From NCBI RefSeq assembly GCF_017876815.1, contig NZ_JAGIOS010000001.1:3090001-3122000 (forward strand): a stretch of 32,000 bases of DNA. The letters run 5' to 3'. Shown here one piece after another: positions 25,140 through 32,000 of this stretch; position 1 is the first letter of the stretch, and the number at the start of each line of letters is the position of its first letter. The position numbers and the translations under genes were made by a program. The notes under the pieces are model-generated. The model was not told the DNA's origin. It ran no database searches and saw only the letters and a list, made by a program, of their open reading frames with translations. The DNA is from Sinorhizobium meliloti. Lineage in GTDB: Bacteria > Pseudomonadota > Alphaproteobacteria > Rhizobiales > Rhizobiaceae.

Positions 25140-26057
25140 ATGCCATCCTTTGCGATCAAGGTCATCCGTCTATCGCTGAAGGCCGTTTCCGCGTTTTCGG
25201 CCGACAAGGCGGGCAAGTCCGCATTCTGGATATTCTGCCGCACCCCGAGCCGGAAGCCAAAAAACGGCAAGGAGGCGGCGCTGCTCAAAGCGGCAGTCCC
25301 GATCATGCAACGATCGCGGAAGGTCACGTTGTCCTTTGCGGGCGGCTGGGCTGCCGCTCGGCATTTCGAACGGCGGATGGGCGGCCGCGGGCCGCGGGTA
25401 CTGGTCGCGCACGGCTGGGGATCTCGCAGCGACTATCTGGCAACGCTGATCGACGGGCTGCTCTCCTCAGGCGCTGAGGTGGTGGCGCTCGACTTGCCGG
25501 GACATGGAGCGTCGCCCGGGCGGACGCTGACCATGCCGCAAGCGGTGAGGGCGATCGATGCGGCGTGGCGCCATTTCGACGGATTCGATGTCGGTATAGG
25601 CCATTCCTTCGGCGGCGCGAGCCTTGCTTGCGCGGCCGGGGCAGTGCTCTGCGATGTACCGGCGCGCGTTCCCGGGAAACTGGTCCTGATCGGTGCGCCA
25701 AGCGAAATGACATGGCTCTTCAGGGGCTTCGGCCGGACGTTGGGGCTCGCGCCGAAGGCGCAGGCAGCTTTCGAGGGCATGGTGGAGCGGCTCTCCGGGC
25801 GTCGCATTGAGGGTTTCGATGCCACCCGCATCCTGGCGGCACTCCGCAAGCCGGTTCTGGTCATCCATGCCGAGGACGACAAGGAGGTCCCTGCCGATCA
25901 CGCGCGCCGCTACGGCGCGGTCGGACCAAATGTAGAATTGCACTGGGCGAACGGTCTCGGGCATCGCCGCATCGTTTCCGCCGCTCCGGTCATCGAGAGG
26001 ATCACGGAATTCCTCTGGGAGCGCAGGAAAGAGGCTCCCATGTCAAAAATCGCCTGA
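25140..26057 (+). CDS. Alpha/beta-fold hydrolase
   Basis: PRVLVAHGWGSRSDY, nucleophile elbow GIGHSFGG, and a late HAEDDKEVP...GLGHRRI. Divergent from the MarR gene. Confidence 0.85.
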   Translation: MPSFAIKVIRLSLKAVSAFSADKAGKSAFWIFCRTPSRKPKNGKEAALLKAAVPIMQRSRKVTLSFAGGWAAARHFERRMGGRGPRVLVAHGWGSRSDYLATLIDGLLSSGAEVVALDLPGHGASPGRTLTMPQAVRAIDAAWRHFDGFDVGIGHSFGGASLACAAGAVLCDVPARVPGKLVLIGAPSEMTWLFRGFGRTLGLAPKAQAAFEGMVERLSGRRIEGFDATRILAALRKPVLVIHAEDDKEVPADHARRYGAVGPNVELHWANGLGHRRIVSAAPVIERITEFLWERRKEAPMSKIA

Positions 26058-26153
26058 TGGCGTCATCAGGCCGTCATGCTATTCCTCGAAACGGGCGCGC
26101 AGAGATCGCGATTTTCGGCGTGGCAGCCGCAGCACCGTTGCAGGAGGGATGAG

Positions 26154-26762
26154 ATGACGATTATCGGAACGGTCGAGGAGTTGCAGGCGCTCTATGGCGG
26201 AACGAGCGAGGCATCGATCGTCAAGGTAACCAGTGCACTGACGGCCGAATACAGGGAAATGATCGAAGCCTCGCCCTTCGCAGCGCTCGCCACCGTTGGT
26301 CCTGAGGGACTCGACTGTTCGCCGCGGGGCGACGATCAATGCGTCGTCCGCATCGCGGACGACAAGACCGTGCTGATGCCCGACTGGCGCGGTAACAACC
26401 GGGTGGACTCGCTTGCCAATATCGTGCGCGATCCGAGAGTGGCGCTGCTCTTCCTCGTGCCCGGATCGAATACGACCATCCGCATCAACGGCACCGCCGT
26501 CGTCAGCGTCGACCCTGCCTTGACCGGTTCCTTCGAGGTCGATGGGAAGCATCCGCGCAGCGTCATCGTGGTCACGATCGGCGAGGTCTATTTCCAATGC
26601 GCCCGGGCCCTGATCCGTTCGCAGCTCTGGAATGCGGAGCGCTTCGCCGATGCGGCCTCGCTGCCGACGCCCGGCGCGTTGCTGAAAGCTGCCAAGGCCG
26701 ATTTCGACAAGGAAAGCTACGACCGGGAATGGCCCGGCCGCGCCGCGAAGACGATGTGGTAG
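26154..26762 (+). CDS. Pyridoxamine 5'-phosphate oxidase-fold FMN-dependent flavoprotein (MSMEG_1061-like family)
   Basis: SPFAALATVGPEGLDCSPRGD...LMPDWRGNNRVDSLANIVRDPRVALLFLVPGSNTTIRINGTA. GGAGGG SD before ATG 26154. Confidence 0.85.
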   Translation: MTIIGTVEELQALYGGTSEASIVKVTSALTAEYREMIEASPFAALATVGPEGLDCSPRGDDQCVVRIADDKTVLMPDWRGNNRVDSLANIVRDPRVALLFLVPGSNTTIRINGTAVVSVDPALTGSFEVDGKHPRSVIVVTIGEVYFQCARALIRSQLWNAERFADAASLPTPGALLKAAKADFDKESYDREWPGRAAKTMW

Positions 26763-26797
26763 GCGGCCGCGGCGGCACCATGTCGAGCCGCGGCCGC
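26763..26797. terminator. GC-rich hairpin in the convergent spacer between the PPOX-like gene and fumC (possible bidirectional terminator)
   Basis: Perfect 10-bp arms GCGGCCGCGG (26763-26772) and CCGCGGCCGC (26788-26797). There is no clear U-tract on either strand. Confidence 0.45.
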
Positions 26798-26808
26798 ATG
26801 AAGTGCGA

Positions 26809-28200
26809 TCAGGCCGGGCCGATCATGGTTTCGGGGCGGACGACGGCGTCGAACTCCTCGTCCGTGACGTAACCGCCGCCGACGGCCTCCTCGCGAAGCG
26901 TGGTACCGTTCTTGTGGGCGGTCTTGGCGATCTTGGCCGCGTTGTCGTAGCCGATCTTCGGCGCAAGCGCAGTCACCAGCATGAGCGAACGGTCGAGCGC
27001 CGCCTTGATGTTGTCCTCCCGCGCCTCGATCCCGACGACGCAATTGTCGGTGAAGGAGATAGCCGCATCGGCGAGCAGTTGCACCGACTGCAGGAAGTTG
27101 TACGCCATCAGCGGATTGTAGACGTTGAGCTCGAAGTGGCCCTGGCTGCCGGCAAAGGTCAGCGCCGCATGATTGCCGAAGACCTGGACGCAGACCTGGG
27201 TGAGCGCCTCGCACTGAGTCGGGTTGACCTTGCCCGGCATGATGGACGAGCCCGGCTCGTTTTCCGGCAGTGAAAGCTCGCCGAGGCCGGAGCGGGGGCC
27301 GGAGCCGAGGAAGCGGATGTCGTTGGCGATCTTGAAGAGCGCGGCGGCGGTGGCGTTGATTGCCCCGTGGCTGAAGACCATCGAGTCGTGGGCGGCCAGC
27401 GCTTCGAACTTGTTCGGCGCGGAAGTGAAGCCGATGCCGGTGATGGCAGCGATTTCCTCGGCGACCTTCTCGGCAAATCCGACCGGCGCATTGAGCCCGG
27501 TGCCGACCGCGGTCCCCCCCTGGGCGAGCTCGCAAAGGCCGGGGAGCGTCATCTCGATCCGTTTGATCGAGGAGGCGACCTGCGCCGCATAGCCGGAAAA
27601 CTCCTGCCCCAGCGTCAGGGGCGTTGCGTCCTGCGTGTGGGTGCGGCCGATCTTGATGATGTGATCGAAAGCCTTCACCTTCTCTTCGAGCGCCTTGTGC
27701 AGGTGCTTGAGCGCCGGCAGCAGATCGTGGATCACGCGCTCCGCACAGGCGATGTGCATGGCCGTGGGATAGGTGTCGTTCGACGACTGGCTCATATTGA
27801 CGTGATCGTTCGGGTGAACCGGCTTCTTCGAACCCATGACGCCGCCGAGCAGCTCGATCGCACGGTTGGAAACGACCTCGTTCGCATTCATGTTCGACTG
27901 GGTTCCGGAGCCCGTCTGCCACACGACGAGAGGGAAGTGCTCGTCAAGCTTGCCGTCGATCACCTCCTGTGCGGCCTTGACGATGGCGTCGCCGATCGCC
28001 GGGTCGAGGCGGCCGAGCGCCATGTTGGCGCGGGCAGCCGCCTGTTTGACGATGCCGAGTGCGCGCACGATTGCCAGAGGCTGCTTTTCCCAGCCGATTT
28101 TGAAATTGCCCAGCGATCGCTGCGCCTGGGCGCCCCAATAGCGGTCGCTCGCCACTTCGATGGGGCCGAACGTATCTGTTTCCGTGCGGGTCGATGTCAT
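26809..28200 (-). CDS. fumC: Class II fumarate hydratase
   Basis: [34 protein letters not shown]-terminus and [11 protein letters not shown] signature, 463 aa. The track start at 28338 is an extension. Confidence 0.95.
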   Translation of the reverse strand: MTSTRTETDTFGPIEVASDRYWGAQAQRSLGNFKIGWEKQPLAIVRALGIVKQAAARANMALGRLDPAIGDAIVKAAQEVIDGKLDEHFPLVVWQTGSGTQSNMNANEVVSNRAIELLGGVMGSKKPVHPNDHVNMSQSSNDTYPTAMHIACAERVIHDLLPALKHLHKALEEKVKAFDHIIKIGRTHTQDATPLTLGQEFSGYAAQVASSIKRIEMTLPGLCELAQGGTAVGTGLNAPVGFAEKVAEEIAAITGIGFTSAPNKFEALAAHDSMVFSHGAINATAAALFKIANDIRFLGSGPRSGLGELSLPENEPGSSIMPGKVNPTQCEALTQVCVQVFGNHAALTFAGSQGHFELNVYNPLMAYNFLQSVQLLADAAISFTDNCVVGIEAREDNIKAALDRSLMLVTALAPKIGYDNAAKIAKTAHKNGTTLREEAVGGGYVTDEEFDAVVRPETMIGPA

Positions 28201-28697
28201 CGTGATACCTGCTTTCGTCATGCGGTTCATGAAGCCGAGGCGGGGACCGGGTCCAAGGCCGATCTTACTCCCCGCTGCCGGGCATTTCTCTGCCTTGGCC
28301 ATGCTGCCTTGTAAAGGGGCCGCGGGGGCTCGGAACACCTACAATCGTTTGAATTGCCGCCGAGCGGCAAGCTCCGACCGGGCATCGCCGACATGGGTTT
28401 CCGGCCGGCAGCGATGTGTCCTTTCCGTCACATCCGCAATCTTCCGTTGCGCGTCTTCCTTGTGTCGCAGGGAACATCGGCATCGCGCCCGGCCGGGCAA
28501 AGTAGATGCAAATCAGATTTTTAGGCGAAGGGGCATGGCTGAAAACGGATCGCGGCGAGACGCGGGGCGCGGATTCGGGAGGCTTCGTTTCCTTTTCATT
28601 CACCATCCTTTTCTATAACTCTCGGAGCACGAGGGCGTGGCGAGAATCTGGCGGCGGCTGCATTCGGCGGCGACGCAATACGGGGACGTTTGTATCT

Positions 28698-30593
28698 ATG
28701 AGAATCATCAAGTCGGCAGCGATTGTCACGCTCATGAGTGGCTGTGTGGTTGCAACCATGGATGTGCAGCCGGCGTCTGCAATCACCTTCATGGACTTCA
28801 TCCGCGGAGGCAAGAAGCGCGACGTGCAGGAGCAGGTGCAGCCTCGGCGGCAGCTTCCGGGCGTGGACATGTTCGCGCCGCAGCGGCTTGATCAGAAGGC
28901 GGCGAAGCCACCGCGCATCACCGGCCCGCGCTATTATACCTACAAGGCGGAGCCGCTGCGCCGGATCGCGACGGATCGTCTGGTCGATCCCGTCGTCACC
29001 GGCTCGGTGCTGAACGGGGCCCTGCCGCCCATGCTGCGCTCGCCGCTTGCCGACGCGCGCCAGTTTCTTCCGGAAGTCGATGTGCGCGCCCCCGCCGAGG
29101 TCGCAAAAGCCGTCGAGAATTTCTACGGCACGCGGACGGATTTCCTGTGGATCGAGGGGACGGGCGTCAGCGGCCGTGCCAAGGCGGCGCTTGGCGTCTT
29201 GTCCGACGCTGCGAAGGTCGGTCTCGACCCGCTCGACTACGCCGTCATCGTTCCTCCGGAAGATTTCGACCGCGGCGACATGATCGCCCGCGAGAAGGAT
29301 CTGGTGCGTTTCGAAATCGCGATGTCCGCGGCCGTGCTCACCTATGTCCAGGATACCGTGCGCGGCCGTATCGATCCGAACAGGATCTCCGGCTATCACG
29401 ACTTCAAGCGGAAAAACGTCGATCTTCTCGGCTTTCTGGAGAAGATCGAGACAAGCAGTGATGTCGCGGCGCTTGTCGAAAGTCAGAATCCGAAAAGCGC
29501 ACAATTTACCGCATTGAGGCAGGAACTCGAGCGGCTTCGGACGCAGGTGGAAGCCGCGCCGCGGGTGGAGATCGCACCGGGGACGTTGTTGAAGCCCGGC
29601 GAAAGCAATCCGGAACTCGCGAATGTTATCGCCGGAATCAAGTTGAAAGCCTCGGAAGCGTTGAAGACGGAGCATGCGGTCGTGCTCGCGGCCTATGAGG
29701 GGACGCCGGACTACACGCCCGAGCTGGTGCCGCTCGTCGAGGCCTTCCAGAAGGAATATGGCCTGAAGGCGGATGGCATTGTCGGGCAGGCGTCGATACG
29801 CGCCCTCACCGGCGGCGATACGACCCAAGGAAAGATAGACAAGGTCGAAATCGCGATGGAGCAGGCGCGCTGGTTGCCGGATGGGCTTGGCGACCGCTAT
29901 GTCTTCATCAACCAGCCGGCCTTCACCGCGTCCTATACGGAACAGGGCACGGAGCAGTTCTCCATGCGCGTGGTCGTCGGTTCCAAGGCCAACCAGACAT
30001 ATTTCTTCCAGGACGAAATCCAGACGGTCGAAGTAAATCCCTATTGGGGCGTGCCGCAGTCGATCATCGTCAACGAAATGCTGCCGAAGCTTAGAAACGA
30101 CCCGGGTTACCTGGACCGCATGGGTTATCAGGTGGAAGTCGGCGGCCGCGTCGTTCCTTCCACCGCGGTGAACTGGTACGGATCGACGAACTCGATCGCC
30201 GTGCGCCAGCCGCCGAGCAGCGACAATGCGCTCGGCGAACTCAAGATACTCTTCCCCAACGCGCACGCGATCTATATGCACGACACGCCGTCGAAGAGCT
30301 TCTTCAAGCGCGACCAGCGGGCGCTAAGCCATGGCTGCGTGCGTCTTGCCGATCCCCGGCGCATGGCGGCGGCGGTTCTGGGCGTAAGTGTCGACGAGGT
30401 CGGCATGGAAATATCGGGCGGCCGCAACAAGGCGCTGCCGGTATCCGCCAAGGTCCCGGTCTATGTTTCCTACTTTACCGCCTGGCCGAACAAGGACGGA
30501 ACCGTCGAGTATTTCGACGACGTCTACGAACGCGATATGTATATGAATCGCGCTTTCGAGGCCACGCGCAAGGCGCGGAGTCTGGAAGGATGA
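28698..30593 (+). CDS. L,D-transpeptidase family protein (YcbB-like: PG-binding domain + YkuD catalytic domain)
   Basis: Signal sequence MRIIKSAAIVTLMSGCVVA, PG_binding_1 YGLKADGIVGQASIRAL, and the catalytic motif HDTPSKSFF...ALSHGCVRL. Confidence 0.9.
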   Translation: MRIIKSAAIVTLMSGCVVATMDVQPASAITFMDFIRGGKKRDVQEQVQPRRQLPGVDMFAPQRLDQKAAKPPRITGPRYYTYKAEPLRRIATDRLVDPVVTGSVLNGALPPMLRSPLADARQFLPEVDVRAPAEVAKAVENFYGTRTDFLWIEGTGVSGRAKAALGVLSDAAKVGLDPLDYAVIVPPEDFDRGDMIAREKDLVRFEIAMSAAVLTYVQDTVRGRIDPNRISGYHDFKRKNVDLLGFLEKIETSSDVAALVESQNPKSAQFTALRQELERLRTQVEAAPRVEIAPGTLLKPGESNPELANVIAGIKLKASEALKTEHAVVLAAYEGTPDYTPELVPLVEAFQKEYGLKADGIVGQASIRALTGGDTTQGKIDKVEIAMEQARWLPDGLGDRYVFINQPAFTASYTEQGTEQFSMRVVVGSKANQTYFFQDEIQTVEVNPYWGVPQSIIVNEMLPKLRNDPGYLDRMGYQVEVGGRVVPSTAVNWYGSTNSIAVRQPPSSDNALGELKILFPNAHAIYMHDTPSKSFFKRDQRALSHGCVRLADPRRMAAAVLGVSVDEVGMEISGGRNKALPVSAKVPVYVSYFTAWPNKDGTVEYFDDVYERDMYMNRAFEATRKARSLEG

Positions 30594-30599
30594 GGAGGT

Positions 30600-30622
30600 G
30601 GGCCGCGTTACACGAGCGGCCC
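30600..30622. terminator. Hairpin in the 32-nt convergent spacer between the ldt and gph genes
   Basis: GGGCCGC (30600-30606) and GCGGCCC (30616-30622), followed by a short CTTT. Confidence 0.35.
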
Positions 30623-30625
30623 CTT

Positions 30626-31309
30626 TCACTTCGGCTTGCGGGAGAGCACAGTCTCGACCAGATCCGGTGTCAATTCGTCGAAGTGCCCGATGATACGATC
30701 GGGCAGCAGGCTTTCGATCGGCACGTCCGAATAGCCGAAGGGCACGACGATCGACGGAACAGAGGCATTTCGGGCGACGAGAACGTCGTTGAGACTGTCG
30801 CCGACCATGACCGCCCGTTCGGCCATCCCCCCGGCATTCGAGACCGTCGACAGCAGGTGGTCGGCATGGGGTTTGCGGACGGTGAAGGTATCGCCACCGG
30901 AGATCGCCGCAAAGCGGCCAAGTAGTCCCAACCCTTCCAAAAGACGCTTTGCCAGCATTTCCGGCTTGTTGGTGCAGACTGCGAGTTTCAGCCCCGCATC
31001 CTGCAGGCGGTCGAGCGCTTCGATCAGCCCCGGATAGGGAAGGGATTCACCCGGCATCGATCCGTGATAAAAATCGACGAACTCTTTCATCTGCCAGGTC
31101 AGTTCTTCTTCGGCGATCGTTCTGCCGCGAAGCGCGAAAGTCCTCTCGATCATGGCCCGTGCGCCGTGGCCGACCAGATGCGTGAGATCCGCGTAGGTCA
31201 CCGGCTCGATACCGGCTTGCGTCACCGCATGGTTCAAGCTGGCGACAAGATCGGGCGCTGTGTCGACGAGCGTACCGTCGAGATCGAAGACGACTAGGGG
31301 CAGGGACAC
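30626..31309 (-). CDS. gph: Phosphoglycolate phosphatase (HAD superfamily)
   Basis: Motif I VVFDLDGTLVDT, motif II VCTNKP, motif III GDSLNDV. There is no in-frame ATG, so GTG 31309 (GAGG 7 nt upstream) is chosen. The track ORF extends to 31579. Confidence 0.85.
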   Translation of the reverse strand: MSLPLVVFDLDGTLVDTAPDLVASLNHAVTQAGIEPVTYADLTHLVGHGARAMIERTFALRGRTIAEEELTWQMKEFVDFYHGSMPGESLPYPGLIEALDRLQDAGLKLAVCTNKPEMLAKRLLEGLGLLGRFAAISGGDTFTVRKPHADHLLSTVSNAGGMAERAVMVGDSLNDVLVARNASVPSIVVPFGYSDVPIESLLPDRIIGHFDELTPDLVETVLSRKPK

Positions 31310-31528
31310 CGGCAACCTCGTTCTGCAAAACCTTGTCCGTCCGGGTAGGCGAAGTCGGCGCGGAATGCAATGGCGACCTAGGTCGTAGCGCTGCCCGAAT
31401 CCGGTTCCGGCCGTGCATTTTGACTTTTGTTTGCCGCGGCGGGCGTGTAAGTGTCTCAGCGGAATTGGAGGGTGGCGGCCGAGGGCGACGCCCCCGCCTG
31501 ACGTGGATCGAGAGGGAGCGAGTGGCGC

Positions 31529-32000
31529 ATGGACGCCCGCCAGATGAAGATCAAGGCCGCCGAAGCGGCACTTGAACATGTCGAAAGCGGCATGCGGCTT
31601 GGAATAGGCACAGGCTCGACGGCTGAAGAATTCGTCCGATTGCTGGCCGAGAAAGTGGCATCCGGCTTTCAGATCTCCGGCGTTCCGACGTCCGAGCGGA
31701 CTGCGCGCCTCTGCCTCGAGCTCGGTGTGCCTCTAAAGTCGCTCGACGAACTGCCGGAACTGGACCTGACGATTGACGGGGCCGACGAGGTCGACGGAAA
31801 GCTGCGCCTGATCAAGGGCGGCGGCGGTGCGTTGCTGCGCGAGAAGATCGTTGCGAGCGCCTCGACGCGGATGATCGTCATTGCCGACGAATCGAAGGTC
31901 GTGGACGTGCTGGGCGCTTTCAAGCTGCCGATCGAGATCAATCCTTTCGGCCAGGTCGCCACGAGGCTCGCGATCGAGAAGACCGCCTCGCGGCTGGGTC
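31529..32000 (+). CDS. rpiA: Ribose-5-phosphate isomerase A (5' part; continues beyond the window)
   Basis: Not in the ORF track because it has no stop in the window. My translation from ATG 31529 is [35 protein letters not shown]...[28 protein letters not shown], with the canonical GxGTGST, DGADE and KGGGG motifs. Confidence 0.9.
   Translation, partial: MDARQMKIKAAEAALEHVESGMRLGIGTGSTAEEFVRLLAEKVASGFQISGVPTSERTARLCLELGVPLKSLDELPELDLTIDGADEVDGKLRLIKGGGGALLREKIVASASTRMIVIADESKVVDVLGAFKLPIEINPFGQVATRLAIEKTASRLG

Noticed and set aside
26717-27922. 401-aa alternate-frame ORF within fumC
   Set aside because: It is an off-frame artefact. The fumC frame carries the [11 protein letters not shown] signature and full-length homology.
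28160-28618. 152-aa (+) and 113-aa (-) ORFs inside the fumC-ldt spacer
   Set aside because: They have no family resemblance and poor codon bias. The plus-strand ORF overlaps the fumC start. I treated the region as non-coding and flagged it as a finding instead.

Overview
High-GC, densely coding alpha-proteobacterial chromosome segment. Protein families and intergenic repeat types look Rhizobiaceae (Sinorhizobium/Ensifer-like), but that is inference from memory, not a database search. I support about 37 protein-coding loci, one of them a frameshifted pseudogene, plus a short recombinase relic. rpiA is cut by the window end and is absent from the ORF track. Content is mostly housekeeping: late cobalamin steps (cobS, cobT), molybdenum cofactor genes (moaA, mobA, mobB), fumC, gph, rpiA and dgkA. 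There is also an ArsR regulator with an ABC-2 exporter, a polar amino-acid ABC importer with no ATPase gene, a multi-TM sensor histidine kinase, a YcbB-type L,D-transpeptidase, several small regulators (Lrp, MarR) and DUF proteins. Accessory-looking items are a TacA/TacT-like (DUF1778 + GNAT) toxin-antitoxin pair at the left edge, followed by a roughly 60-codon relic of a serine recombinase, and a frameshifted AlkD-like DNA alkylation repair gene. I saw no rRNA, tRNA, CRISPR array or intact mobile element. Many long ORFs in the track are antisense or alternate-frame artefacts of high GC, and several track starts are too far upstream. The track also uses GTG/TTG starts. I did not find a convincing novel multi-gene system. 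The most unusual object is a 749-aa secreted OmpA-domain protein carrying near-identical in-frame 84/87-nt tandem repeats and an Asn/Thr pentapeptide tract. Secondary leads are a translationally coupled SNase-UDG pair, a cobS-DUF1289-retropepsin operon, a perfect TTAA-N7-TTAA box upstream of usg, several REP/RIME-like palindromic elements, and an unusually long fumC-ldt spacer.
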